Shown piece by piece: positions 29,930 through 45,630 of a stretch of DNA of 64,000 bases. The number at the start of each line of letters is the position of its first letter. Positions within the stretch are counted from its first letter, which is position 1. Below the pieces are notes generated by a model. It ran no database searches, had not been told where the DNA came from, and was given only the letters and a program-made list of their open reading frames with translations. Source of the stretch: Eledone cirrhosa (lineage: Eukaryota); the NCBI GenBank assembly GCA_964016885.1, contig OZ024753.1, positions 24,304,001 through 24,368,000 of the forward strand, read 5' to 3'. A program made the position numbers and the translations under genes.

Positions 29930-32900
29930 GACTAACACTGTGTGCAACAGACAGAGGAGTAACACTGTATGTAACAGACAGAGGATAAACACTGTATGTA
30001 ACAGACAGAGGCCTAACATTGTATGCAACAGACAGAGGACTAACACTGTATGTAACAGACAGAGGACTAACTCTGTATGTAACAGACAGAGGACTAACAC
30101 TGTATGTAACAGACAGAGGACTAACACTGTATGTAATAGACAGAGGAGTAAAACTGTATGCAACAGACAGAGGACTAATACTTTATGTAACAGACAGAGG
30201 ACTAACACTGTATGTAACAGACAGAGGACTAACACTGTATGTAGCAGACAGAGGACTAAGACTGTATGTAACAGACAGAGGACTAACACTGTATGTAACA
30301 GACAGAGGACTAACACTGTATGTAATAGACAGAGGAGTAAAACTGTATGCAACAGACAGAGGACTAATACTTTATGTAACAGACAGAGGACTAACACTGT
30401 ATATAACAGACAGAGGACTAACACTGTATGTAGCAGACAGAGGACTAAGACTGTATGTAACAGACAGAGGACTAACACTGTATATAACAGACAGAAGGCT
30501 AACACTCTATGTAACAGACAGAGGACTAACACTGTATGTAACAGACAGAGGACTAACACTGTATGTAACAGACAGAGGGTTAACACTGTATGTAACAGAT
30601 AGAGGACTAACACTGTACGTAACAGACAGAGGACTAAAACTGTATGTTATAGACAGAGGACTAACACTGTATGTAACAGACAGATGGTTAACACTTTATG
30701 CAAAAGACAAAGGATTAACACTGTATGTAACAGACAGAGGACTAACAGTGTATGTAACAGCCAGAGGACTAACACTGTATGCAACAGACAGAGGACGAAC
30801 ACTGTATGCAACAGACAGAGGATTAATACTGTATGTAACAGACAGAGGACTAACACCGTATGTAACAGACAGAGGACTAACATTGTATGTAACAGACAGA
30901 GGACTGACACTGTATGTAACAGACAGAGGACTAACACTGTATGTAACAGACAGAGGACTGACACTGTATGTCACAGACAGAGGACTAACAGTGTATGTAA
31001 CAGACAGAGGACTAACACTGTATGTAACAGACAGAGGGCTCATACTGTATGTAACAGACAGGGGGTTAACACTGTATGTAACAGACAGAGGACTAACCCT
31101 GTATGTAACAGACAGAGGACTAACTGTGTATGTAACAGACAGAGCACTAACACTGTATGTAACAGACAGAGGACTGACACTGTATGTAACAGACAGAGGA
31201 CTAACACTGTATGTAACAGACAGAGGACTAACACTGTATGTAACAGACAGAGGACTAACATTGTATGTAACGGACAGAGGACTAACACTGTATATAACTG
31301 ACAGAGGGTTAACTCTGTATGTAACAGAGTACTTAGACTGTATGTAACAGACAGAGGACTAACACTGTATGTAACAGACAGAGGACTAATAGTGTTAGAC
31401 TTCTGTCTGTTACATACAGTGTATTTAACAATTAGAGGACTAACACTGTATGTAACAGACAGAAGACTAACACTGTATGTAACAGACAGAAGACTAACAC
31501 TGTATGTAACAGACAGCGGGCTAACACTGTATGTAACACACAGCGGACTAACACTGTATGTAACAGACAGAGGACTAAAACTGTATGTAACAGACAAAGG
31601 ATTAACACTGTATGTAACAGACAGAGGACTAAAACTGTATGTAACAGACAAAGGATTTACACTGTATGTAACGGACAGAGGACTAACACTGTGTGCAACA
31701 GACAGAGGAGTAACACTGTATGTAACAGACAGAGGATAAACACTGTATGTAACAGACAGAGGCCTAACATTGTATGCAACAGACAGAGGACTAACACTGT
31801 ATGTAACAGACAGAGGACTAACTCTGTATGTAACAGACAGAGGACTAACACTGTATGTAACAGACAGAGGACTAACACTGTATGTAATAGACAGAGGAGT
31901 AAAACTGTATGCAACAGACAGAGGACTAATACTTTATGTAACAGACAGAGGACTAACACTGTATGTAACAGACAGAGGACTAACACTGTATGTAGCAGAC
32001 AGAGGACTAAGACTGTATGTAACAGACAGAGGACTAACACTGTATGTAACAGACAGAGGACTAACACTGTATGTAATAGACAGAGGAGTAAAACTGTATG
32101 CAACAGACAGAGGACTAATACTTTATGTAACAGACAGAGGACTAACACTGTATATAACAGACAGAGGACTAACACTGTATGTAGCAGACAGAGGACTAAG
32201 ACTGTATGTAACAGACAGAGGACTAACACTGTATATAACAGACAGAAGGCTAACACTCTATGTAACAGACAGAGGACTAACACTGTATGTAACAGACAGA
32301 GGACTAACACTGTATGTAACAGACAGAGGGTTAACACTGTATGTAACAGATAGAGGACTAAAACTGTACGTAACAGACAGAGGACTAACACTTTATGTAA
32401 CAGACAGAGGACTAACACTGTATGTAACAGACAGAGGACTAACAATGTATGTAACAGACAGAGGACTAAAACTGTATGTTATAGACAGAGGACTAACACT
32501 GTATGTAACAGACAGATGGTTAACACTGTATGCAAAAGACAAAGGATTAACACTGTATGTAACAGACAGAGGACTAACATTGTATGTAACAGACAGAGGA
32601 CTGACACTGTATGTAACAGACAGAGGACTAACACTGTATGTAACAGAAAGAGGACTGACACTGTATGTCACAGACAGAGGACTAACAGTGTATGTAACAG
32701 ACAGAGGACTAACACTGTATGTAACAGACAGAGGGCTCATACTGTATGTAACAGACAGAGGGTTAACACTGTATGTAACAGACAGAGGACTAACCCTGTA
32801 TGTAACAGACAGAGGACTAACTGTGTATGTAACAGACAGAGGACTAACACTGTATGTAACAGACAGAGGACTGACACTGTATGTAACAGACAGAGGACTA

Positions 32901-33130
32901 ACACTGTATGTAACAGACAGAGGACTAACACTGTATGTAACAGACAGAGGACTAACATTGTATGTAACGGACAGAGGACTAACACTGTATATAACTGACA
33001 AAGGGTTAACTCTGTATGTAACAGAGTACTTAGACTGTATGTAACAGACAGAGGACTAACACTGTATGTAACAGACAGAGGACTAATAGTGTTAGACTTC
33101 TGTCTGTTACATACAGTGTATTTAACAGTT
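29930..33130 (+). repeat. Imperfect tandem duplication of about 1.7 kb (offset 1751 then 1697 bp)
   Basis: ORFs at 30019 and 31770 have the same variant order (1751=65x27-4). Inversions at 31391 and 33088 are 1697 apart (63x27-4) and share the GACTTCTG variant. Confidence 0.75.
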
Positions 33131-35451
33131 AGAGGACTAACACTGTATGTAACAGACAGAAGACTAACACTGTATGTAACAGACAGAAGACTAACACTGT
33201 ATGTAACAGACAGCGGGCTAACACTGTATGTAACACACAGCGGACTAACACTGTATGTAACAGACAGAGGGCTAAAACTGTATGTAACAGACAGCGGACT
33301 AACACTGTATATAACAGACAGAGGACTAACACTGTATGTAACAGACACAGGACTGACACTGTATGTAACAGACAGAGGACTAACACTGTATGTAACAGAC
33401 AGCGGACTAACACTGTAGGTAACAGACAGAGGACTAACACTGTATGTCACAGACAGAGGACTAACAGTGTATATATCAGACAGAGGACTGACACTGTATG
33501 TAACAGACAGAGGACTAACACTGTATATCACAGACAGAGGACTAACAGTGTATGTAACAGACAGAGGACTAACACTGTATGTAACAGACAGAGGACTAAC
33601 ACTGTATGTAACAGACAGAGGGTTAACACTATGTAACAGACAGAGGACTAACACTGTATGTAACAGACAGAGGACTAACACTGTATGTAACAGACAGCGG
33701 ACTAACACTGTATGTAACAGACAGAGGACTAACACTGTATGTAACAGACAGGGGACTAACACTGTATGTAACAGACAGAGGACTAACACTGTATGTAACA
33801 GACAGAGGACTAACACTGTATGCAACAGACAGAGGACGAACACTGTATGCAACAGACAGAGGACTAACAGTGTATGTAACAGACAGAGGACTAACATTGT
33901 ATGTAACAGACAGAGAACTCATACTGTATGTAACAAACAGAGGTTTAACACTGTATGTAACAGACAGAGGACTAACGCTGTATGTAACAGACAGAGGACT
34001 AACTATGTATTTAACAGACAGAGGAATAACACTGTATGTAACAGACAGAGGACTGACACTGTATGTAACAGACAGAGGACTAACCCTGTATGTAACAGAC
34101 AGAGGACTAACTGTGTACGCAACAGACAGAGGACTAAAACTGTATGTAACAGACAGAGGACTGACACTGTATGTAACAGACAGAGGACTAACACTGTATG
34201 TAACAGACAGAGGACTAACAGTGTATGTAACAGACAGAGGACTAACATTGTATGTAACAGACAGAGGACTAACACTGTATGTAACTGACAGAGGGTTAAC
34301 TCTGTGTGCAACAGACAGAGCAGTAACACTTTATGTAACAGACAGAGTATAAACACTGTATGTAACAGACAGAGGACTAAGACTGTATGCAACAGACAGA
34401 GGACTAACACTGTATGTAACAGACAGAGGACTAACACTGTATGTAACAGACAGAGGACTAACACTGTATGTAACAGACAGAGGACTAACACTGTATGTAA
34501 CAGACAGAGGACTAACACTGTATGTAATAGACAGAGGAGTAAAACTGTATGTAACAGACAGAGGATAAACACTGTATGTAACAGACAGAGGACTAACACT
34601 ATGTAACAGACAGAGGACTAACACTGTATGTAACAGACAGAGGACTAGCACTGTATGTAATAGACAGAGGAGTAAAACTGTATGCAACAGACAGAGGACT
34701 AATACTTTATGTAACAGACAGAGGACTAACAGTGTATATAACAGACAGAGGACTGACACTGTATGTAACAGACAGAGGGCTAAAACTGTATGTAACAGAC
34801 AGAGGGCTAAAACTGTATGTAACAGACAGCGGACTAACACTGTATATAACAGACAGAGGACTAACACTGTATGCAACAGACACAGGACTGACACTGTATG
34901 TAACAGACAGAGGACTAATACTGTATGTAACAGACAGAGGACTAACACTGTGTGTAACAGACAGAGGAGTAACACTGTATGTAACAGACAGAGGATAAAC
35001 ACTGTATGTAACAGACAGAGGACTAACACTGTATGCAACAGACACAGGACTGACACTGTATGTAACAGACAGAGGACTAATACTGTATGTAACAGACAGA
35101 GGACTAACACTGTGTGCAACAGACAGAGGAGTAACACTGTATGTAACAGACAGAGGATAAACACTGTATGTAACAGACAGAGGCCTAACATTGTATGCAA
35201 CAGACAGAGGACTAACACTGTATGTAACAGACAGAGGACTAACTCTGTATGTAACAGACAGAGGACTAACACTTTATGTAACAGACAGAGGACTAACTCT
35301 GTATGTAACAGACAGAGGACTAACTCTGTATGTAACAGACAGAGGACTAACTCTGTATGTAACAGACAGAGGACTAACACTTTATGTAACAGACAGAGGA
35401 CTAACTCTGTATGTAACAGACAGAGGACTAACACTGTATGTAACAGACAGA

Positions 35452-38070
35452 GGACTAACTCTGTATGTAACAGACAGAGGACTAATACTGTATGTAACAG
35501 ACAGAGGACTAACACTGTATGTAGCAGACAGAGGACTAAGACTGTATGTAACATACAGAGGACTAACACTGTATGTAACAGACAGAGGACTAACACTGTA
35601 TGTAACAGACAGAAGATAAACACTGTATATAACAGACAGAGGACTAACACTGTATGTAATAGACAGAGGAGTAAAACTGTATGCAACAGACAGAGGACTA
35701 ATACTTTATGTAACAGACAGAGGACTAACACTGTATGTAACAGACAGAGGACTAACACTGTATGTAGCAGACAGAGGACTAAGACTGTATGTAACAGACA
35801 GAGGACTAACACTGTATGTAACAGACAGAGGACTAACACTGTATGTAATAGACAGAGGAGTAAAACTGTATGCAACAGACAGAGGACTAATACTTTATGT
35901 AACAGACAGAGGACTAACACTGTATATAACAGACAGAGGACTAACACTGTATGTAGCAGACAGAGGACTAAGACTGTATGTAACAGACAGAGGACTAACA
36001 CTGTATATAACAGACAGAAGGCTAACACTCTATGTAACAGACAGAGGACTAACACTGTATGTAACAGACAGAGGACTAACACTGTATGTAACAGACAGAG
36101 GGTTAACACTGTATGTAACAGATAGAGGACTAACACTGTACGTAACAGACAGAGGACTAACACTTTATGTAACAGACAGAGGACTAACACTGTATGTAAC
36201 AGACAGAGGACTAACAATGTATGTAACAGACAGAGGACTAAAACTGTATGTTATAGACAGAGGACTAACACTGTATGTAACAGACAGATGGTTAACACTG
36301 TATGCAAAAGACAAAGGATTAACACTGTATGTAACAGACAGAGGACTAACAGTGTATGTAACAGCCAGAGGACTAACACTGTATGCAACAGACAGAGGAC
36401 GAACACTGTATGCAACAGACAGAGGATTAATACTGTATGTAACAGACAGAGGACTAACACCGTATGTAACAGACAGAGGACTAACATTGTATGTAACAGA
36501 CAGAGGACTGACACTGTATGTAACAGACAGAGGACTAACACTGTATGTAACAGACAGAGGACTGACACTGTATGTCACAGACAGAGGACTAACAGTGTAT
36601 GTAACAGACAGAGGACTAACACTGTATGTAACAGACAGAGGGCTCATACTGTATGTAACAGACAGAGGGTTAACACTGTATGTAACAGACAGAGGACTAA
36701 CCCTGTATGTAACAGACAGAGGACTAACTGTGTATGTAACAGACAGAGGACTAACACCGTATGTAACAGACAGAGGACTAACTCTGTATGTAACAGACAG
36801 AGGACTAATACTGTATGTAACAGACAGAGGACTAACACTGTATGTAGCAGACAGAGGACTAAGACTGTATGTAACAGACAGAGGACTAACACTGTATGTA
36901 ACAGACAGAGGACTAACACTGTATGTAACAGACAGAAGATAAACACTGTATATAACAGACAGAGGACTAACACTGTATGTAATAGACAGAGGAGTAAAAC
37001 TGTATGCAACAGACAGAGGACTAATACTTTATGTAACAGACAGAGGACTAACACTGTATGTAACAGACAGAGGACTAACACTGTATGTAGCAGACAGAGG
37101 ACTAAGACTGTATGTAACAGACAGAGGACTAACACTGTATGTAACAGACAGAGGACTAACACTGTATGTAATAGACAGAGGAGTAAAACTGTATGCAACA
37201 GACAGAGGACTAATACTTTATGTAACAGACAGAGGACTAACACTGTATATAACAGACAGAGGACTAACAATGTATGTAGCAGACAGAGGACTAAGACTGT
37301 ATGTAACAGACAGAGGACTAACACTGTATATAACAGACAGAAGGCTAACACTCTATGTAACAGACAGAGGACTAACACTGTATGTAACAGACAGAGGACT
37401 AACACTGTATGTAACAGACAGAGGGTTAACACTGTATGTAACAGATAGAGGACTAACACTGTACGTAACAGACAGAGGACTAACACTTTATGTAACAGAC
37501 AGAGGACTAACACTGTATGTAACAGACAGAGGACTAACAATGTATGTAACAGACAGAGGACTAAAACTGTATGTTATAGACAGAGGACTAACACTGTATG
37601 TAACAGACAGATGGTTAACACTGTATGCAAAAGACAAAGGATTAACACTGTATGTAACAGACAGAGGACTAACAGTGTATGTAACAGCCAGAGGACTAAC
37701 ACTGTATGCAACAGACAGAGGACGAACACTGTATGCAACAGACAGAGGATTAATACTGTATGTAACAGACAGAGGACTAACACCGTATGTAACAGACAGA
37801 GGACTAACATTGTATGTAACAGACAGAGGACTGACACTGTATGTAACAGACAGAGGACTAACACTGTATGTAACAGACAGAGGACTGACACTGTATGTCA
37901 CAGACAGAGGACTAACAGTGTATGTAACAGACAGAGGACTAACACTGTATGTAACAGACAGAGGGCTCATACTGTATGTAACAGACAGAGGGTTAACACT
38001 GTATGTAACAGACAGAGGACTAACCCTGTATGGAACAGACAGAGGACTAACTGTGTATGTAACAGACAGA
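35452..38070 (+). repeat. Tandem duplication, about 2 x 1323 bp (49 monomers)
   Basis: ORF pairs 36165/37488, 36251/37574 and 36288/37611 are offset by 1323=49x27. The rare variant AGAAGATAAACACTGTATATA is shared. Confidence 0.85.
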
Positions 38071-40014
38071 GGACTAACACTGTATGTAACAGACAGAGGA
38101 CTGGCACTGTATGTAACAGACAGAGGACTAACACGGTATGTAACAGAGGACTAACACTGTATGTAACAGACAGAGGACTAACATTGTATGTAACGGACAG
38201 AGGACTAACACTGTATATAACTGACAGAGGGTTAACTCTGTATGTAACAGAGTACTTAGACTGTATGTAACAGACAGAGGACTACCACTGTATGTAACAG
38301 ACAGAGGACTAATAGTGTTAGACTTATGTCTGTTACATACAGTGTATTTAACAGTTAGAGGACTAACACTGTATGTAACAGACAGAAGACTAACACTGTA
38401 TGTAACAGACAGAAGACTAACACTGTATGTAACAGACAGAAGACTAACACTGTATGTAACAGACAGCGGGCTAACACTGTATGTAACACACAGCGGACTA
38501 ACAATGTATGTAACAGACAGAGGGCTAAAACTGTATGTAACAGACAGCGGACTAACACTGTATATAACAGACAGAGGACTAACACTGTATGTAACAGACA
38601 CAGGACTGACACTGTATGTAACAGACAGAGGACTAACACTGTATGTAACAGACAGCGGACTAACACTGTAGGTAACAGACAGAGGACTAACACTGTATGT
38701 CACAGACAGAGGACTAACAGTGTATATATCAGACAGAGGACTGACACTGTATGTAACAGACAGAGGACTAACACTGTATATCACAGACAGAGGACTAACA
38801 GTGTATGTAACAGACAGAGGACTAACACTGTATGTAACAGACAGAGGACTAACACTGTATGTAACAGACAGAGGGTTAACACTGTATGTAACAGACAGAG
38901 GACTAACACTGTATGTAACAGACAGAGGACTAACACTGTATGTAACAGACAGCGGACTAACACTGTATGTAACAGACAGAGGACTAACACTGTATGTAAC
39001 AGACAGGGGACTAACACTGTATGTAACAGACAGAGGACTAACACTGTATGTAACAGACAGAGGACTAACACTGTATGCAACAGACAGAGGACGAACACTG
39101 TATGCAACAGACAGAGGACTAACAGTGTATGTAACAGACAGAGGACTAACATTGTATGTAACAGACAGAGAACTAATACTGTATGTAACAAACAGAGGTT
39201 TAACACTGTATGTAACAGACAGAGGACTAACGCTGTATGTAACAGACAGAGGACTAACTATGTATTTAACAGACAGAGGAATAACACTGTATGTAACAGA
39301 CAGAGGACTGACACTGTATGTAACAGACAGAGGACTAACCCTGTATGTAACAGACAGAGGACTATCTGTGTACGCAACAGACAGAGGACTAAAACTGTAT
39401 GTAACAGACAGAGGACTGACACTGTATGTAACAGACAGAGGAGTAACACTGTATGTAACAGACAGAGGACTAACAGTGTATGTAACAGACAGAGGACTAA
39501 CATTGTATGTAACAGACAGAGGACTAACACTGTATGTAACTGACAGAGGGTTAACTCTGTATGTAACAGAGTACTAACACTGTATGTAACAGACAGAGGA
39601 CTAACACTGTATATAACAGACAGAGGACTAAAACTGTATGTAACAGACAAAGGATTAACACTGTATGTAACAGACAGAGGGCTAACACTGTGTGCAACAG
39701 ACAGAGCAGTAACACTTTATGTAACAGACAGAGTATAAACACTGTATGTAACAGACAGAGGCCTAACATTGGATGTAACAGACAGAAGACTAACACTGTA
39801 TGCAACAGACAGAGGACTAACACTGTATGTAACAGACAGAGGACTAACACTGTATGTAACAGACAGAGGACTAACACTGTATGTAACAGACAGAGGACTA
39901 ACACTGTATGTAACAGACAGAGGACTAACACTGTATGTAATAGACAGAGGAGTAAAACTGTATGTAACAGACAGAGGATAAACACTGTATGTAACAGACA
40001 GAGGACTAACACTA

Positions 40015-42735
40015 TGTAACAGACAGAGGACTAACACTGTATGTAACAGACAGAGGACTAGCACTGTATGTAATAGACAGAGGAGTAAAACTGTATGCAA
40101 CAGACAGAGGACTAATACTTTATGTAACAGACAGAGGACTAACACTGTATATAACAGACAGAGGACTAACACTGTGTGTAGCAGACAGAGGACTAACAGT
40201 GTATATAACAGACAGAGGACTGACACTGTATGTAACAGACAGAGGGCTAAAACTGTACGTAACAGACAGAGGGCTAAAACTGTATGTAACAGACAGCGGA
40301 CTAACACTGTATATAACAGACAGAGGACTAACACTGTATGCAACAGACACAGGACTGACACTGTATGTAACAGACAGAGGACTAATACTGTATGTAACAG
40401 ACAGCGGACTAACAATGTAGGTAACAGACAGAGGACTAACATTGTATGTCACAGACAGAGGACTAACAGTGTATGTAACAGACAGAGGACTAACACTGTA
40501 TGCAACAGACAGAGGACTAACACTGTATGTAACAGACAGAGGACTGACACTGTGTGTAACAGACAGAGGACTAACACTGTATATCACAGACAGAGGACTA
40601 ACAGTGTATGTAACAGACAGAGGACTAACACTGTATGTAACAGACAGAGGACTAACACTGTGTGTAACAGACAGAGGGTTAACACTGTATGTAACAGACA
40701 GAGGACTAACCATGTATGTAACAGACAGAGGATTAACTGTGTATGTAACAGACAGAGGACTAACACTGTATGTAACAGACAGAGGACTGACACTGTATGT
40801 AGCAGACAGAGGACTAACACTGTATGTAACAGACAGAGGACTAACACTGTATGTAACAGACAGCGGACTAACACTGTATGTAACAGACAGAGGACTAACA
40901 CTGTATGTAACAGACAGAGGACTAACACTGTATGTAACAGACAGAGGACTAACACTGTATGTAACAGACAGCGGACTAACACTGTATGTAACAGACAGCG
41001 GACTAACACTGTATGTAACAGACAGCGGACTAACACTGTATGTAACAGACAGAGGACTAACACTGTATGTAACAGACAGAGGCCTAACACTGTATGCAAC
41101 AGACAGAGGACTAACACTGTATGCAAAAGAGAGAGGACTAACACTGTATGTAACAGACAGAGGACTAACACTGTATGCAACAGACAGAGGACTAACACTG
41201 TATGCAACAGAGAGAGGACTAACACTGTATGTAACAGACAGAGGCCTAACACTGTATGCAACAGACAGAGGACTAACACTGTATGTAACAGACAGAGGAC
41301 TAACATTGTATGTAACAGACAGAGGACTAACACTGTATGTAACAGACAGAGGACTAACACTGTATGTAACAGACAGAGGACTAACACTGTATGTAACAGA
41401 CAGAGGACTAGCACTGTATGTAATAGACAGAGGAGTAAAACTGTATGCAACAGACAGAGGACTAATACTTTATGTAACAGACAGAGGACTAACACTGTAT
41501 ATAACAGACAGAGGACTAACACTGTGTGTAGCAGACAGAGGACTAACAGTGTATATAACAGACAGAGGACTGACACTGTATGTAACAGACAGAGGGCTAA
41601 AACTGTACGTAACAGACAGAGGGCTAAAACTGTATGTAACAGACAGCGGACTAACACTGTATATAACAGACAGAGGACTAACACTGTATGCAACAGACAC
41701 AGGACTGACACTGTATGTAACAGACAGAGGACTAATACTGTATGTAACAGACAGCGGACTAACAATGTAGGTAACAGACAGAGGACTAACATTGTATGTC
41801 ACAGACAGAGGACTAACAGTGTATGTAACAGACAGAGGACTAACACTGTATGCAACAGACAGAGGACTAACACTGTATGTAACAGACAGAGGACTGACAC
41901 TGTGTGTAACAGACAGAGGACTAACACTGTATATCACAGACAGAGGACTAACAGTGTATGTAACAGACAGAGGACTAACACTGTATGTAACAGACAGAGG
42001 ACTAACACTGTGTGTAACAGACAGAGGGTTAACACTGTATGTAACAGACAGAGGACTAACCATGTATGTAACAGACAGAGGATTAACTGTGTATGTAACA
42101 GACAGAGGACTAACACTGTATGTAACAGACAGAGGACTGACACTGTATGTAGCAGACAGAGGACTAACACTGTATGTAACAGACAGAGGACTAACACTGT
42201 ATGTAACAGACAGCGGACTAACACTGTATGTAACAGACAGAGGACTAACACTGTATGTAACAGACAGAGGACTAACACTGTATGTAACAGACAGAGGACT
42301 AACACTGTATGTAACAGACAGCGGACTAACACTGTATGTAACAGACAGCGGACTAACACTGTATGTAACAGACAGCGGACTAACACTGTATGTAACAGAC
42401 AGAGGACTAACACTGTATGTAACAGACAGAGGCCTAACACTGTATGCAACAGACAGAGGACTAACACTGTATGCAAAAGAGAGAGGACTAACACTGTATG
42501 TAACAGACAGAGGACTAACACTGTATGCAACAGACAGAGGACTAACACTGTATGCAACAGAGAGAGGACTAACACTGTATGTAACAGACAGAGGCCTAAC
42601 ACTGTATGCAACAGACAGAGGACTAACACTGTATGTAACAGACAGAGGACTAACATTGTATGTAACAGACAGAGGACTAACACTGTATGTAACAGACAGA
42701 GGACTAACACTGTATGTAACAGACAGAGGACTAAC
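40015..42735 (+). repeat. Tandem duplication, 2 x 1350 bp (exactly 50 monomers), near-identical
   Basis: ORF pairs 40120/41470, 40442/41792 and 40584/41934 are offset by 1350. Private variants (AACCATGT, AACAATGTAGG, GCAAAAGAGAGA) occur in both copies. Confidence 0.92.
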
Positions 42736-43479
42736 ATTGTATGTAACAGACAGAGGTCTAACACTGTATGTAACTGACAGAGGGTTAACTCTGTATGTAA
42801 CAGAGTACTAACACTGTATGTAACAGACAGAGGATTAACACTGTATGTAACAGTCAGAGGACTAACAATGTATGTAACAGACAGAAGACTAAAACTGTAT
42901 GTTATAGACAGAGGACTAAGACTGTATGTAACAGACAGATGGTTAACACTGTATGCAAAAGACAAAGGATTAACACTGTATGTAACAGACAGAGGACTAA
43001 CAGTGTATGTAACAGCCAGAGGACTAACACTGTATGCAACAGACAGAGGACGAACACTGTATGCAACAGACAGAGGATTAATACTGTATGTAACAGACAG
43101 AGGACTAACACCGTATGTAACAGACAGAGGACTAACATTGTATGTAACAGACAGAGGACTGACACTGTATGTAACAGACAGAGGACTAACACTGTATGTA
43201 ACAGACAGAGGACTGACACTGTATGTCACAGACAGAGGACTAACAGTGTATGTAACAGACAGAGGACTAACACTGTATGTAACAGACAGAGGGCTCATAC
43301 TGTATGTAACAGACAGAGGGTTAACACTGTATGTAACAGACAGAGGACTAACCCTGTATGTAACAGACAGAGGACTAACTGTGTATGTAACAGACAGAGG
43401 ACTAACACTGTATGTAACAGACAGAGGACTGACACTGTATGTAACAGACAGAGGACTAACACTGTATGTAACAGACAGA

Positions 43480-45630
43480 GGACTAACATTGTATGTAACG
43501 GACAGAGGACTAACACTGTATATAACTGACAGAGGGTTAACTCTGTATGTAACAGAGTACTTAGACTGTATGTAACAGACAGAGGACTAACACTGTATGT
43601 AACAGACAGAGGACTTATAGTGTTAGACTTCTGTCTGTTACATACAGTGTATTTAACAGTTAGAGGAATAACACTGTATGTAACAGACAGAAGACTAACA
43701 CTGTATGTAACAGACAGAAGACTAACACTGTATGTAACAGACAGCGGGCTAACACTGTATGTAACACACAGCGGACTAACACTGTATGTAACAGACAGAG
43801 GACTAACAGTGTATATATCAGACAGAGGACTGACACTGTATGTAACAGACAGAGGACTAACACTGTATATCACAGACAGAGGACTAACAGTGTATGTAAC
43901 AGACAGAGGACGAACACTGTATGCAACAGACAGAGGACTAACACTGTATGTAACAGACAGAGGGTTAACACTGTATGTAACAGACAGAGGACTAACACTG
44001 TATGTAACAGACAGAGGACTAACACTGTATGTAACAGACAGCGGACTAACACTGTATGTAACAGACAGAGGACTAACACTGTATGTAACAGACAGGGGAC
44101 TAACACTGTATGTAACAGACAGAGGACTAACACTGTATGTAACAGACAGAGGACTAACAATGTATGCAACAGACAGAGGACGAACACTGTATGCAACAGA
44201 CAGAGGACTAATACTGTATGTAACAGACAGAGGACTAACACTGTATGTAACAGACAGAGGACTGAAACTGTATGTAACAGACAGAGGACTAACACTGTAT
44301 GTAACAGACAGAGGACTGACACTGTATGTCACAGACAGAGGACTAACAGTGTATGTAACAGACAGAGGACTAACATTGTATGAAACAGACAGAGAACTCA
44401 TACTGTATGTAACAAACAGAGGTTTAACACTGTATGTAACAGACAGAGGACTAACCCTGTATGTAACAGACAGAGGACTAACTATGTATTTAACAGACAG
44501 AGGAATAACACTGTATGTAACAGACAGAGAACTGACACTGTATGTAACAGACAGAGGACTAACATTGTATGTAACGGACAGAGGACTAACACTGTATATA
44601 ACTGACAGAGGGTTAACTCTGTATGTAACAGAGTACTTAGACTGTATGTAACAGACAGAGGACTAACACTGTATGTAACAGACAGAGGACATATAGTGTT
44701 AGACTTCTGTCTGTTACATACAGTGTATTTAACAGTTAGAGGACTAACACTGTATGTAACAGACAGAAGACTAACACTGTATGTAACAGACAGAAGACTA
44801 ACACAGTATGTAACAGACAGCGGGCTAACACTGTATGTAACACACAGCGGACTAACACTGTATGTAACAGACAGAGGACTAACAGTGTATATATCAGACA
44901 GAGGACTGACACTGTATGTAACAGACAGAGGACTAACACTGTATATCACAGACAGAGGACTAACAGTGTATGTAACAGACAGAGGACGAACACTGTATGC
45001 AACAGACAGAGGACTAACACTGTATGTAACAGACAGAGGGTTAACACTGTATGTAACAGACAGAGGACTAACACTGTATGTAACAGACAGAGGACTAACA
45101 CTGTATGTAACAGACAGCGGACTAACACTGTATGTAACAGACAGAGGACTAACACTGTATGTAACAGACAGGGGACTAACACTGTATGTAACAGACAGAG
45201 GACTAACACTGTATGTAACAGACAGAGGACTAACACTGTATACAACAGACAGAGGACGAACACTGTATGCAACAGACAGAGGACTAATACTGTATGTAAC
45301 AGACAGAGGACTATCACTGTATGTAACAGACAGAGGACTGAAACTGTATGTAACAGACAGAGGACTAACACTGTATGTAACAGACAGAGGACTGACACTG
45401 TATGTCACAGACAGAGGACTAACAGTGTATGTAACAGACAGAGGACTAACATTGTATGTAACAGACAGAGAACTCATACTGTATGTAACAAACAGAGGTT
45501 TAACACTGTATGTAACAGACAGAGGACTAACCCTGTATGTAACAGACAGAGGACTAACTATGTATTTAACAGACAGAGGAATAACACTGTATGTAACAGA
45601 CAGAGGACTGACACTGTATGTAACAGACAG
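43480..45630 (+). repeat. Tandem duplication, about 2 x 1076 bp (40 monomers minus 4 bp)
   Basis: Inversions 43619/44695 and ORFs 43660/44736 and 43870/44946 are offset by 1076=40x27-4. Confidence 0.85.

Noticed and set aside
40174-42777. 867-aa (CNRQRTNTV)n ORF and similar Cys-periodic ORFs
   Set aside because: It is another stop-free frame of the same monomer, lengthened by the 1350-bp duplication. It overlaps equally long ORFs in three other frames.
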